Counted from the first letter of the stretch, positions 32,214 through 42,793 are shown. The stretch is 64,000 bases of DNA from Salinispira sp. (GCA_965226555.1 CBDDDG010000021.1:375707-439706), one strand, 5' to 3'. Numbers and translations are program-made. Notes: generated from the sequence alone by a model not told the origin.

Positions 32214-34030
32214 ACGTCAGCTTCCGATAGCTTGAAACGTTGAGTTACTAACTGAACGAGATTCTTTGTCCTTGAGTCAATTTGATCATGGCTCCAGCCT
32301 GTAGCAACGGCCAAGTCCTTATTAAGCGTGAGTCCGTTTTTGTAGCCGACAGGAAGACCTTGTTTATCAGTATGATCCCTCTTATCCTCAAAGCTCCTAT
32401 TACCAAGTTTACTATTGAAAGCGGAAATCGTCAGGTTGCCCAATTTGTGAACATGTGTCTCTTGTATTTCCTTCGCTCTTTTCTCATCGCCATCGGCGAT
32501 CATGGTTATCCACGGCATTGGGATATTTTCTCCTTTCGGAAAAATATGTTCAATTGTCCATACGAATTTCTTATTTTCACCGCGCTGCCAAAGATCAACC
32601 CAACTTTCTTTTGTCATGGACTCTTCGGCCAAAGCGCAGAGAATAAACCGGGTTACCCCAACATTTTCTTCATAAATCGGCCCCCTTAGCTTGCGTTGGA
32701 AGTAATCGTCCGTAACAGAGACAGCCAGTAATTCTTGCTTAATTGATTCCGTAATCGCATGTGCGCGCAACCCACTGATCTTGTTAATTACTGTTATAAA
32801 CAGTCGGGGAAGATCTCGGGTTGAAGGGGTATCGGTCAAATTACGATAAACGAAGAATCGGACAAGTAATTTGACTATTGATGATAGGTGAGAATTCTCA
32901 AGTTTGAGCTCATTCTTTCGTACGAGTAAATACAAAATGAGCAAATATGATGGGGTGCCCTGAATCCGTTCTAAATCCTTTAGCGGTTTCTTAAGATCAT
33001 TCTCAAGAGCATTGAGGGCTTCATCCTCGTTTCGTGAAAGTATCAGCGAATACAGTCGTCCAGCGTCACTGAGCTTCTGTAAACAATCTTTCGCGTTATG
33101 GTCAATGAGCTTTTCATAAATTTGAATTAGGTTGGATCGGATGGCGACCTGTACCTGAGGGATCGCTTTAAGTTGATTCCTGAAGGCGTTGTAGTACTGA
33201 CGAAAAAAACGTTCCTGAATAGTATAGTCATCGCCTAGGTAATTCAGGAGACGCTTCCAATTCTCAAAATTGTGATCTACCGCGCCTTCGCCTGATGGTT
33301 CAATGGATTCCAGACGGGCCAATAGCTTGTTCTTGATCAGATCAACGGCGGTAAGCGGAATCCCCCGATCGTTTAAAGTCTCGAACAGGATATACGCGTC
33401 AGCGTGGCTTGCCACCTCAATTTTGACCATGCACGCGTGGCTGACTTTTTCTATGAATGCCATGATCGTATGTAGCAGATTGTTTTCTTCATTGCTTATT
33501 CGATTAATGCGATCTTGAAAATATCGATAAGCGCGAAATATCTGACGGTTACCAGCGTGATGGGGGTAGGGCGCATCCCCAATAATTCCGGCATCGGCGA
33601 GAACAGCGCGGTAATCATCGAAATTATTACCCTGATTCTGCGGAAGCAGACGAATTTTATCGCCCCCTTTCTTGAGAACCAACTTGTGCTTCAAATTGAT
33701 CAGCTCAGCGCCCTGTTCATCATCCAAATCATTTTTATAAGATTTTAGAATCTGGTAAACAGCGGACAGAAGTAGTGAGAGCGTTGTTAGGCGTTGTTGT
33801 CCGTCAACGAGCTCAAGCTTCTGAATAGAAAGCGCATCGGTCGATTGATTGATGCAGATAATTGAGCCAAGGAAATAGCCCTGCTCGTTTTCAAGCACAT
33901 CATCAAAAAGTTTTTTCCACTGATTTTTGCCCCATGAGTATGCACGCTGGTAGCGAGGAATGGCGTAAACCACTCCCGCTTCAATATCGAAAAGCTGTGA
34001 GACTGGGTAGTTATTTACAGATTGAATCAT
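32210..34030 (-). CDS. DUF262/DUF1524 (GmrSD-like) modification-dependent restriction endonuclease
   Basis: IPRYQRAYSW, VDGQQRLTT, FETLNDRG; C-terminal HNH-like IEHIFP..LGNL..N. Confidence 0.9.
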   Translation of the reverse strand: MIQSVNNYPVSQLFDIEAGVVYAIPRYQRAYSWGKNQWKKLFDDVLENEQGYFLGSIICINQSTDALSIQKLELVDGQQRLTTLSLLLSAVYQILKSYKNDLDDEQGAELINLKHKLVLKKGGDKIRLLPQNQGNNFDDYRAVLADAGIIGDAPYPHHAGNRQIFRAYRYFQDRINRISNEENNLLHTIMAFIEKVSHACMVKIEVASHADAYILFETLNDRGIPLTAVDLIKNKLLARLESIEPSGEGAVDHNFENWKRLLNYLGDDYTIQERFFRQYYNAFRNQLKAIPQVQVAIRSNLIQIYEKLIDHNAKDCLQKLSDAGRLYSLILSRNEDEALNALENDLKKPLKDLERIQGTPSYLLILYLLVRKNELKLENSHLSSIVKLLVRFFVYRNLTDTPSTRDLPRLFITVINKISGLRAHAITESIKQELLAVSVTDDYFQRKLRGPIYEENVGVTRFILCALAEESMTKESWVDLWQRGENKKFVWTIEHIFPKGENIPMPWITMIADGDEKRAKEIQETHVHKLGNLTISAFNSKLGNRSFEDKRDHTDKQGLPVGYKNGLTLNKDLAVATGWSHDQIDSRTKNLVQLVTQRFKLSEADV

Positions 34031-34129
34031 CCATCATCTCCAAAATATCAATTCTTGCCCCCAATGAGCATAAATATGATACTATGAATTGCTTAAAACA
34101 TCAACGGAATAGTAATTCTGCTCGGTGAT

Positions 34130-34240
34130 ATAAACTTTTGCTTGACACAAAGTTTCTCAACTGTTGTATACAACAATCTCGGAAATAATAGTGAAAGCCG
34201 TCAGAATTTTTCTGAGGCAAAACTATTAGCCACAGGAGGC
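34130..34240 (+). promoter_or_regulatory. promoter/leader of the lipoprotein cassette
   Basis: TTGACA at 34142; block homologous to 51917-52060; RBS AGGAGG. Confidence 0.55.
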
Positions 34241-34247
34241 AAAATAT

Positions 34248-35657
34248 ATGAGAACTAGGTCATACTCAGGAACAATCCTTTGCATTTTCTGCTCAATACT
34301 TATTGCATTGATTGCCGGATGTCCAATGCCGGAACCAGAACCAATGCCGGAACCAGAACTAACCGCGCCGGGTACCATGGCTGCTCCAACCCTCACAGCA
34401 GGGAACGGGCAAGTAACTGTTGAATGGGTTGCGCCGACCAGCGATGGCGGCAGCGCAATTACCGCGTATGAGCTGCAATATCGATCGGCCGGAAGTGAAT
34501 CTGATTGGAAGTTAATCTATTCCGGTATTGATGGCACAGATCACACCATCACCCATGTGGCAAATAACATCAGCTACGAGGTACAGGTTCGTGCTGTCAA
34601 CGCTGTTGGCAATGGTCCATGGTCCGCAACAGCAACATCAATGTTGCCGTTTGCAACACAGGTTCCCGCGGGGACAGCGGCGCTCGTACTTCTTTCGGCT
34701 GATATTGATACCCGTATTGCCGCTGAGAACCTCGCCGTTTTTTTGACCACGGTAGAGCCGGGCACATACGCGGTCGATGAATCAGATGTCATTACGATAA
34801 CCCCCGCAACTGTGCCCGAAAATGTCACCCCGCCGACAGTTGATGTAAGTACCGGAATTATTACCGTTACAGCAAATACAACGGCAGGAACATATCTGGT
34901 ATACGGCAGTAAAACAGGAACCGGAGACATACTGTTTGCCGAATATTTCTATGTTACTGTGAGTCCTCAAGATAGTGATGGTAATAATGATGGCGGTAAT
35001 GGTGAACTGAAAATGGCGGTAACTGAAGGGATATCTGTTTTGGGCACAGAAGTCATGGTTGATACTGACACCACCTATACCTATGCCGATCTCAACTACA
35101 TTGTTACCACGGCAATAAGGGATATGTCTGAGGTGTTCAAGAATAACAGCACATTCAATGGCGATATCTCACTCTGGGATGTCAGTTCAGTAACGGATAT
35201 AAACAATATGTTCAATAGCGCAGTCGCATTCAATGGTGATATCTCGGGCTGGGATGTCAGTAAAGTAACAAATATGAGTGGATTGCTCGGTTCCGCCAAC
35301 GCATTCAATGGCGATATCTCTGTTTGGGATACTGGCACGGTAACGAATATGAGCAATATGTTCACTTTTGCAATCTCATTCAATGGCGATATCTCACTCT
35401 GGGATGTCAGTTCGGTAATGAATATGAGCTCCATGTTCGGTTTAGCAAGCTCATTCAATGGCGATATCTCCGGTTGGGATGTCAGCTCGGTAGCGAATAT
35501 GGAATATATGTTTAATATAGCAAGCGCATTCAATCAAGATCTTGAGGAGTGGAAGGATCATTGGACGCTTGATGGTAATGGCAAATATACCGGATTTAAA
35601 ACAGGTATGTTTGTGAGTTCCGGCGTGACAGGTAGTCTGGTGCCGTCATGGTATTAG
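34248..35657 (+). CDS. FN3 + DUF285/BspA-like repeat surface lipoprotein
   Basis: Lipobox LIAGC, PEP linker, FN3 ([12 protein letters not shown]), 6 FNGDISxWDVS repeats. Confidence 0.9.
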   Translation: MRTRSYSGTILCIFCSILIALIAGCPMPEPEPMPEPELTAPGTMAAPTLTAGNGQVTVEWVAPTSDGGSAITAYELQYRSAGSESDWKLIYSGIDGTDHTITHVANNISYEVQVRAVNAVGNGPWSATATSMLPFATQVPAGTAALVLLSADIDTRIAAENLAVFLTTVEPGTYAVDESDVITITPATVPENVTPPTVDVSTGIITVTANTTAGTYLVYGSKTGTGDILFAEYFYVTVSPQDSDGNNDGGNGELKMAVTEGISVLGTEVMVDTDTTYTYADLNYIVTTAIRDMSEVFKNNSTFNGDISLWDVSSVTDINNMFNSAVAFNGDISGWDVSKVTNMSGLLGSANAFNGDISVWDTGTVTNMSNMFTFAISFNGDISLWDVSSVMNMSSMFGLASSFNGDISGWDVSSVANMEYMFNIASAFNQDLEEWKDHWTLDGNGKYTGFKTGMFVSSGVTGSLVPSWY

Positions 35658-35707
35658 TTTCATAGCCCATAGCCCGCAGCGGCTAATGAAACGTTGCAAT
35701 TCAACTC

Positions 35708-35783
35708 AGGCAGGCGCGGATTTTCCCCCGGATGCTTGGGCGAGCAGGCGTGCAACGCCGACCAGCCCGTGCCTGCCTTTTTT
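35708..35783 (+). terminator. terminator with a family-G repeat in its loop
   Basis: AGGCAGGCGCG..CGTGCCTGCCTTTTTT; loop about 45 nt versus about 10 nt in the paralogous terminators. Confidence 0.65.
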
Positions 35784-36318
35784 CGATAGAGACGGCTGAT
35801 CGGCGTACGCTTGGGCTGGTCAGAGGCCTGCGCCTTCTGCTCGCCCAAGCATCCATCAGGAATGCTTTCTTTGTGCTGAGCATTCTCCTATTTCATAGAA
35901 AGTTTCTATACCTTGAGAGAATCAAGAATATGGATGAGAGAATCCTCATTTGAAAATTGTGCAGAGCAAAATTTTCAATAGCAAAACTCTGTAATATCCC
36001 AAAATAATAAAACTTTTTCAAAAACTTTCTCATTTTGTCATACACCATTCATATTTTACCCGTCTATATAGTATGAGCAAAAAATATATTGGTATGGTAC
36101 ACGCTGAAAATATGTTTTCGGGAATGTTCAGATATTCCGGCACTTCATATATTCATACTTCAACAAAGGCCTCGCGGGGAGCATGGAGAGCATCAACACA
36201 GAGCATACCATCCCCCATTCCCGACTCCCCGAAAAAAATTCACAAATTTTGCAAAATTCTTTCCAAATACATAGTCAAGAATGACTTTTTACCCGTCACA
36301 GATGTAGGAGGAATGTTT

Positions 36319-37447
36319 ATGAAAAAATCATCCCACAGCACAGGACACATCCACGACATAGCCTTCAAGATCGCCTACTACAGAACCCCCCGTATGATTC
36401 CCGACCTGCTGCGGTTGTTCTGTGAGGATACAACGCTTACCAAGCTGGACATGGACAAAATCCGCATTGAAAACCCCAGTTACATTGCGGGAAAAAAGAA
36501 CCTTCACTGCGATCTCGTTGTCAGCGCCCCCTTTCTGTCAGACCCCGACCGGAAAGCTCTATTCATTATTGAGCATAAAAGCTACCAGCACAAACATGCT
36601 CACACACAGATTGATGACTATCAGCATGCCCTCAGAAACAGCAATGTGTACAATGAAAATGATGCTATCTATATACTTCTGTTTTACCATGGAAAAAAGG
36701 AATGGAACCTCCAGCGCGAATTTTACAGTTCGCATGGAAATGCTGCTTCCGAATCCCTTACCGAAGGCACGGTAGATGTCAGGGTGAAAGTGTCGTACAT
36801 TGTGCGCGATCTTTGTAGAATGACAAAGAAACAGTTGGCATGGCGTTTCGATGGAAAACGATATACATCGACTGCGTTGTGGTATATAATGCGAGATAAT
36901 AACAAAGTTTTTCCTTTAGGAAAAACTTTCTATACCGTGAGAGAATCAAGAGTATAGATGAGAGAATCCTCATTTGAAAATTGTGCAGAGCACAATTTTC
37001 AGTGAAATGGACACTGAGGGGCTGAAAGAGATTGCGCAGCTCCTGAACGGTCTGTCATCACAAGACTTTACTGATCTGGCAGAGAGTGTGCTAGGCTATC
37101 TGAAAGATTTGGGACTGTATGAGCAGTTTGAGAAAATTGACAGGGAACTGTTCCCTGGAGGAGAAAACAGTATGCGGACATATAATATTACAAACGCCTT
37201 CGTCAGAGAAGGAATGGAGAAAGGTATGGAAAAGGGTATTCTGAAAGGAATGGAGAGGGGCATTCTGAAAGGACGGGTTGAGGGAATGGAGAAAGGTATT
37301 CTGAAAGGTCGCGCTGAGGGGCATATTGAGGAGCGGAGAAAAAACGCCCGCAGTATGTTTTCGGAAGGCTTGTCAACAGAGGCTGTTCAGAGGATTACCG
37401 GGCTGAGCGATGAGGAAATGCGGACAGTGCGGAACGGATCGCATTAA
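36319..37447 (+). pseudogene. Rpn subfamily A interrupted by a 103-nt element (341 aa when removed)
   Basis: CDLVV/IIEHKS intact; insert 36901-37003 between RDN and EMD; small ORF 37172-37447 intact; degraded B stub from 36073. Confidence 0.87.
36901..37003 (+). mobile_element. 103-nt palindromic insertion in rpn
   Basis: AACAAAGTTTTTCCTTTAGGAAAAACTTTC-linker-GAAAATTGTGCAGAGCACAATTTTCAGT; absent at 54850. Confidence 0.87.
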
Positions 37448-37467
37448 TTATTGCTGCTCTGCCTGCG

Positions 37468-37760
37468 CGCAGTTCCTTTCTCAATCGTTTGTTCTCGGCC
37501 AGGGCTTCCTGAAGTTCCCGAAACTCGGGACCATTGTTCATTTTCTGGTCGTTCCGAACCCATTTCGCGAGGGTATGATAACTTGCTATACCCAGCTTTT
37601 CCGTCGCCTGCTTCGTGCCAATTTCTTTGGCAAGCTCCACAGCCTGTTCCTTAAAATCCTCAGCATAGAATTTTCTGACTTTCCGTGTTTCCATAACACT
37701 CTCCTCTCCCTATAGTATCGTGCTTAGAAGAGTGTCCGTTAAATCGAAGCAAGAGTTCCA
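37468..37760 (-). mobile_element. truncated IS3-family element (left end plus partial OrfA)
   Basis: RKFYAEDFKEQAVEL..LGI..TLAKWVR..LAENKRLRKE (HTH plus leucine zipper); TGGAACT..GGACAC terminal repeat; no OrfB. Confidence 0.78.
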
Positions 37761-37779
37761 TTATTCATTTTATGCGCCG

Positions 37780-39021
37780 TTAAAATATTCTTACTTTCCC
37801 GCTCATCAATTTTGGCAAAAGCAGATCGCGTAGGTTTTCGAGTGTGCGGATTTGGCGACAATTTTTTAAAATCTTGTCTATGGAGGGTTTTGCAAGAGAG
37901 TCAAACTCTTCAATTTTTTCTTGTGGTGGAATAGTTACCGCAAGTGATTTGATTGCCCGTTGATTAATTCCGGGCTGAACCGAACTGGTATTCAATTCGC
38001 GAAGTGCTTTTTTTTCTAAAAGAAAGTAAAGGAAAATTTGAGTTGCCTTTTCGTTAGTTCTCAAAATAAAGACATGTTCATTAATTGCGTATTCCGAAAA
38101 CGGAAATTTATGTCCATACATTGCCTTTTTGCCAATATACGCACCATCTTTATATATCAATACATCGTATTCTTTTGCTTTGCCTTTTTGCATGTTCTGA
38201 AAATATTCCTCAGAAATGTATTTTGTTTTTGAAAAATCGAAGTTGCCGATACCGTTAATGCTTTCTGCGCCTATGCTTGCAATTCCCACTTTTAGATTGG
38301 GGTCAATACCGCCTTTTGGTCTGGAACCGGATTCTATTACATCAATGATATCTTCTAATTTTCCAATTTCCCAATCATCATCCGCATCCTCCACAAACCA
38401 CTTGCGGAACAAGGTCTGCGCCATATTTTCCAGAGTTGTGTTTTGGCGGCGGAGCAGGTCTATTTTGTCATCCAGAGATGATAGGACTTCGGCAATGGCT
38501 TTTTGTTCGGGGAGTGGGGGGAGTAGGATTTCTATTCCCTTTATGTCTCCACTAGAAACTGATGAAAAAACCGTTCCAGAGGCACTATTTTCAAATTGTG
38601 CTTCGGATGCTTTGAGCAGATAAAAAAGAAATCTTTGGTTGTTTTTTTCTGTTTTGAGACCACAATTTCCGCGACCTATAGAGCATTGCTCTCTTGTCAT
38701 GTTAACGCGCCCAACGGGAGCACGGACACTCAGAAGTATGGTGCCAGCGTTAATTACTTTTTTTGGTGCTGAGCAATATATGCGAGGCGTAACAAATATA
38801 TCACCAAAATCTACCACACCTTGGTAAAAAGGCATTCCGTCTCTGGTAGTGTTGTATGTTTCCGATTTGGGCGATTGTCCCATCACTATTTCTTCAACAA
38901 TATCCCCCAATTTCACTTCCCGCCACCCCTCCGGCACGGAGCTTTGCTGAATAATTGTTTTCAGCAACCTTAATTGCTTCGGCTCCAAATCCATGAATTT
39001 TTCTTTATCATCTACGCTCAT
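37780..39021 (-). CDS. hsdS: type I restriction-modification specificity subunit (orphan in this window)
   Basis: PEGWREVKLGD, LPPLPEQKAIAEVLSSLDDKI, LRDLLLPKLMSG; two TRDs. Confidence 0.93.
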   Translation of the reverse strand: MSVDDKEKFMDLEPKQLRLLKTIIQQSSVPEGWREVKLGDIVEEIVMGQSPKSETYNTTRDGMPFYQGVVDFGDIFVTPRIYCSAPKKVINAGTILLSVRAPVGRVNMTREQCSIGRGNCGLKTEKNNQRFLFYLLKASEAQFENSASGTVFSSVSSGDIKGIEILLPPLPEQKAIAEVLSSLDDKIDLLRRQNTTLENMAQTLFRKWFVEDADDDWEIGKLEDIIDVIESGSRPKGGIDPNLKVGIASIGAESINGIGNFDFSKTKYISEEYFQNMQKGKAKEYDVLIYKDGAYIGKKAMYGHKFPFSEYAINEHVFILRTNEKATQIFLYFLLEKKALRELNTSSVQPGINQRAIKSLAVTIPPQEKIEEFDSLAKPSIDKILKNCRQIRTLENLRDLLLPKLMSGKVRIF

Positions 39022-39079
39022 CTTCTTTAAGATGCCTGCCTTTCTTGATTATCCTCAATCGATATGATACTACAAAACA

Positions 39080-39988
39080 ATGATTTCTCAAATAATTGAT
39101 GGAAAAAAAATATCCGCTGACCTGCGCAAAAAAATTTTTCAGGATGTGCAGGAATTACGGAAAAACAATACTGTTCCGGGTCTTGGAGTTATTCTTGTGG
39201 GTAACAATCCTGCGAGTAAAAGTTATGTTCGCGCAAAGAAGCGGGCCTGTGAAGAAATAGGCATACATTCACAGGACATTCTGTTACCCGAAACAATCAG
39301 TGAAACTGAGTTATTGAACCACATAAGCAATTTGAATGCCGATGAGAAAATTCACGGCATTCTTGTGCAGCTCCCGCTCCCGCAGCATATTAATGAAAGC
39401 AGCGTGTTGGCATGTATCTCTCCAGAAAAAGATATTGACGGATTCCATGCCATGAGCCTTGGAAAGCTCATGCTCGGACAGGATACCTTCATTTCCTGTA
39501 CGCCCCACGGTATCATTCAACTTCTTCGTTCTATTGATCAGCCTCCCGAAGGCAGGCACTGCGTTATCGTTGGAAGGAGCAACATTGTGGGAAAGCCTCT
39601 GGCAAACCTTCTGCTCCTGAAAAATTCAATGGGTAACGCAACAGTTACCGTGTGCCATAGCCGTACTCCCAATGTGTCAGCCTATACCCGACAGGCAGAC
39701 ATTCTTATTGCGGCCATAGGTCAGCCGGAAACAATCCGCGGCAGTATGATTAAACCAGGAGCCATTGTTATTGATGTGGGAGTTAACCGTATTGAAGACA
39801 ATACACGGAAAAATGGATATCGGCTTGTCGGAGATGTTGCCTTTGATGAGGCCCGAGAATGTGCCTCATACATTACGCCTGTGCCGGGAGGAGTCGGACC
39901 CATGACCATAAGCATGCTCCTGTGGAATACCGTTAAGGCGGCGCGGGATCAATTGTCTGCGCAGCGCATGAAATCGGCGCAACACTAG
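39080..39988 (+). CDS. folD: methylenetetrahydrofolate dehydrogenase/cyclohydrolase
   Basis: GILVQLPLP, KDIDGFH, GRSNIVGKP, TPVPGGVGPMT. Confidence 0.97.
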   Translation: MISQIIDGKKISADLRKKIFQDVQELRKNNTVPGLGVILVGNNPASKSYVRAKKRACEEIGIHSQDILLPETISETELLNHISNLNADEKIHGILVQLPLPQHINESSVLACISPEKDIDGFHAMSLGKLMLGQDTFISCTPHGIIQLLRSIDQPPEGRHCVIVGRSNIVGKPLANLLLLKNSMGNATVTVCHSRTPNVSAYTRQADILIAAIGQPETIRGSMIKPGAIVIDVGVNRIEDNTRKNGYRLVGDVAFDEARECASYITPVPGGVGPMTISMLLWNTVKAARDQLSAQRMKSAQH

Positions 39989-40003
39989 CAGGATTCTGAA
40001 AAT

Positions 40004-40783
40004 ATGAAAGACATTCAGAATTCTTTTGATCATCGAAAGCTTGACCTCGATCGGGTTGGGGTCAAAAATATCCGCTACCCCATAAAAATTTTAGATAAGT
40101 CCGTTGAATATCAGCATACAAGCGCGGAAGTCGATTTGTATGTCAATCTTCCTCATTATTTCAAAGGTACTCATATGAGCCGCTTTATTGAGGTCTTCAA
40201 TGAACATGCTCATAACATCCGCATGAACAATTTTCTCCACATGCTTGAGGAAATTCGCTTGGCGCTTCATGCCGAACAGTCCCATGGAGAAATACGTTTT
40301 CCCTTTTTCATGGAGAAAAAAGCGCCGGTCTCCGGGCGGACAAGTATTATGGAATATAACTGTAAATTCATCGGTAATGTGCATTCGGACTTTCGGGAAT
40401 TTTACGTGGGAATTCGAGTTCCGGTGTTAACGCTTTGTCCCTGTTCACGGGAAATATCGGAATATGGAGCTCATAATCAACGGAGTTTTGTGCAGGTGCT
40501 GGTACAGCTTGGGAAATTCTTCTGGATAGAGGATATGATATCACTCATTGAGGAATGCGCATCTGCTCCCGTATATACCCTCCTCAAAAGAGAAGATGAG
40601 AAGTACATTACCGAACGAAGTTATGATAATCCGGTTTTTGTTGAAGACATGGTTCGTGAAGTTACTCTGAAAATTGAAGGGCTTGAATTGTTTCCATGGT
40701 TTTCGGTAGAGGCGGAAAATATGGAGAGTATTCATAACCATGAGGCCTATGCCTGTATTACACGCGGAACAAAAACAGTATGA
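40004..40783 (+). CDS. folE2: GTP cyclohydrolase FolE2
   Basis: KGTHMSRF, TLCPCS, AHNQRS, FVEDMVR, ESIHNH. Confidence 0.95.
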   Translation: MKDIQNSFDHRKLDLDRVGVKNIRYPIKILDKSVEYQHTSAEVDLYVNLPHYFKGTHMSRFIEVFNEHAHNIRMNNFLHMLEEIRLALHAEQSHGEIRFPFFMEKKAPVSGRTSIMEYNCKFIGNVHSDFREFYVGIRVPVLTLCPCSREISEYGAHNQRSFVQVLVQLGKFFWIEDMISLIEECASAPVYTLLKREDEKYITERSYDNPVFVEDMVREVTLKIEGLELFPWFSVEAENMESIHNHEAYACITRGTKTV

Positions 40784-41784
40784 TGGGTATTATGAAGGAT
40801 AGAGATTTTCTGACAATGAGGGATTTTTCGCCGGATGAAATTTCTTATCTGCTGAATTTGAGCGCTGAACTCAAGAAGAAGCGAAGGGCAGGTATACCGG
40901 GTTCTTCTCTTCGGGGAAAGGCAGTTGTTCTTATTTTTGAGAAGAAATCTACAAGAACGCGCTGCGCCTTTGAACTCGCGGCTACTGAAGAAGGAGCCCA
41001 TGCGACCGTTCTCAGTAATAGTCATGCGGGGGAAAAGGAATCGCTCGAAGATAGCGCAAAGGTTTTCAGCCGTTTTTACGATGGAATAGCCTTCAGAGGT
41101 TACGCGCAATCGACTGTTGAGGAACTGGCCAGGCATTCGACGGTTCCCGTGTGGAATGCGCTTACGAATGACTATCATCCTACTCAGGTTCTCGCCGATC
41201 TTCTTACTATTCAGGAGCATATTGATATGCCCCTGTCAAAGGTCAAATTGGTATATGTCGGAGATGCCCGTAACAATGTGTCAAACAGTCTCATAATTAC
41301 CGCGGCAAAAATGGGCATGAATTTTACTGCGCTTTCTCCTCCCGAACTTGCCCCTCCCGGGAATTTATTCACGGAGGCCTGCGAGTTTGCCGGGAAAACC
41401 GGCGCTCGAATTGAACAGACAGCCGATTTTTCCCGAGGGCTGCGGGGAGCATCTGTTATTTATACCGACACCTGGATTTCCATGGGCGAGGAAGCCATGC
41501 TGGCTAAGCGTATTGAATTGCTGCGTCCGTACCGGGTAACAATGGATATGCTCAAAAAAACAGGTAATGAGAATGTTCTTTTCCTACACTGCCTTCCCGC
41601 CTTTCATGATCAGAACAGCACAACGGCGCAGATGATCAGGGAGAAATACGGGATGACGGAAATGGAAGTAAGCGATGAGGTTTTTCGTTCACATCATTCT
41701 GTTGTTTTCGATGAAGCTGAGAACAGACTGCATACAATTAAGGCCCTCATGCTTGCAACCATGCTGCCGCATGGTTCGTATTGA
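40780..41784 (+). CDS. argF: ornithine carbamoyltransferase
   Basis: STRTR, HPTQ, DTWISMGE, HCLPAFH, EAENRLH. Confidence 0.9.
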   Translation: MMGIMKDRDFLTMRDFSPDEISYLLNLSAELKKKRRAGIPGSSLRGKAVVLIFEKKSTRTRCAFELAATEEGAHATVLSNSHAGEKESLEDSAKVFSRFYDGIAFRGYAQSTVEELARHSTVPVWNALTNDYHPTQVLADLLTIQEHIDMPLSKVKLVYVGDARNNVSNSLIITAAKMGMNFTALSPPELAPPGNLFTEACEFAGKTGARIEQTADFSRGLRGASVIYTDTWISMGEEAMLAKRIELLRPYRVTMDMLKKTGNENVLFLHCLPAFHDQNSTTAQMIREKYGMTEMEVSDEVFRSHHSVVFDEAENRLHTIKALMLATMLPHGSY

Positions 41785-42793
41785 GTTCGTAACAGAAATG
41801 TTTGGAAGCGCAGGCACTATTCACAACAATTCCGGACGGAATTTCAATTTTCAACAATCGCGCATATGTGATCCGGCTTTTAATCTCAGTACGGAAGAAA
41901 CTCTGTTTTCCCGCTATAGTCCAGAACCGGATAATTGGGAAACATTGTTCATCTACATAAATAGTCCGGCAGTAATTATCGGGAAGCATCAAAATCCGTG
42001 GAAGGAATCGGATCTGATATGGCTCTCTGAGCATGACATTCCTCTCTTCAGGCGCATTAGCGGCGGCGGAGCAGTTTTTCATGATACCGGAAACATTCTT
42101 TGGGCCTTCATTAGTTCCCGAACAAAATTTTCTCAGGAATCGAATCTTACAATCATACAAAATGCTGCTGCCGAATATTCAAACCTTCCCATTGATCGCT
42201 TTTCGCTCACGGACAGAGGAGACATTCTCTATGAAGGAAGAAAAATTTCAGGTAATGCCCTTGCATTCAGAGCAGATAAGGTTCTGCATCATGGTACTCT
42301 CCTTTTGAATTCTGACATTGATGCTCTCGGTAACAGTTTGAAGGGGCTCCATCATTTCCACGATCTGCAGTTTTCAGGCCCTGCCGTGAATTCTCGTCCT
42401 GCGCCGGTAGCAGCGCTTCACTCATTCATTCCGAATGCGGACAATAATATTTCACCCAACAATATTTCACCTGCGCTTCTTCAGGAAAATTTTGTAACTT
42501 CCCTGAAAAAGGTACTTATTGAGCGATTGCATAGTATCCGCATTGAAGATGAAGAAGAGGATAATGAGGTTTTGTTTAACACAATTTATCATCGTCATAA
42601 TTCTGTCGAATGGCGGCTGAGGCGCTCTCCAAACTTCAACATTTTGTTAAAAAAAAATCTGTCCATAGTAATAAACAGGGGCATTGCTCATCTGAATAGT
42701 GAAAATTCTGACATTCCTCATTGGGACATTACCACAATTACGGGTTTGCAGGCATTTACGGACTATATTCGCGCGCTGCACTTGCCCACATAG
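41771..42793 (+). CDS. lplA: lipoate-protein ligase A
   Basis: IGKHQNPW, RRISGGGAVFHD, KISGNA, HHGTLL; directly upstream of the PDH genes. Confidence 0.9.
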   Translation: MVRIEFVTEMFGSAGTIHNNSGRNFNFQQSRICDPAFNLSTEETLFSRYSPEPDNWETLFIYINSPAVIIGKHQNPWKESDLIWLSEHDIPLFRRISGGGAVFHDTGNILWAFISSRTKFSQESNLTIIQNAAAEYSNLPIDRFSLTDRGDILYEGRKISGNALAFRADKVLHHGTLLLNSDIDALGNSLKGLHHFHDLQFSGPAVNSRPAPVAALHSFIPNADNNISPNNISPALLQENFVTSLKKVLIERLHSIRIEDEEEDNEVLFNTIYHRHNSVEWRLRRSPNFNILLKKNLSIVINRGIAHLNSENSDIPHWDITTITGLQAFTDYIRALHLPT

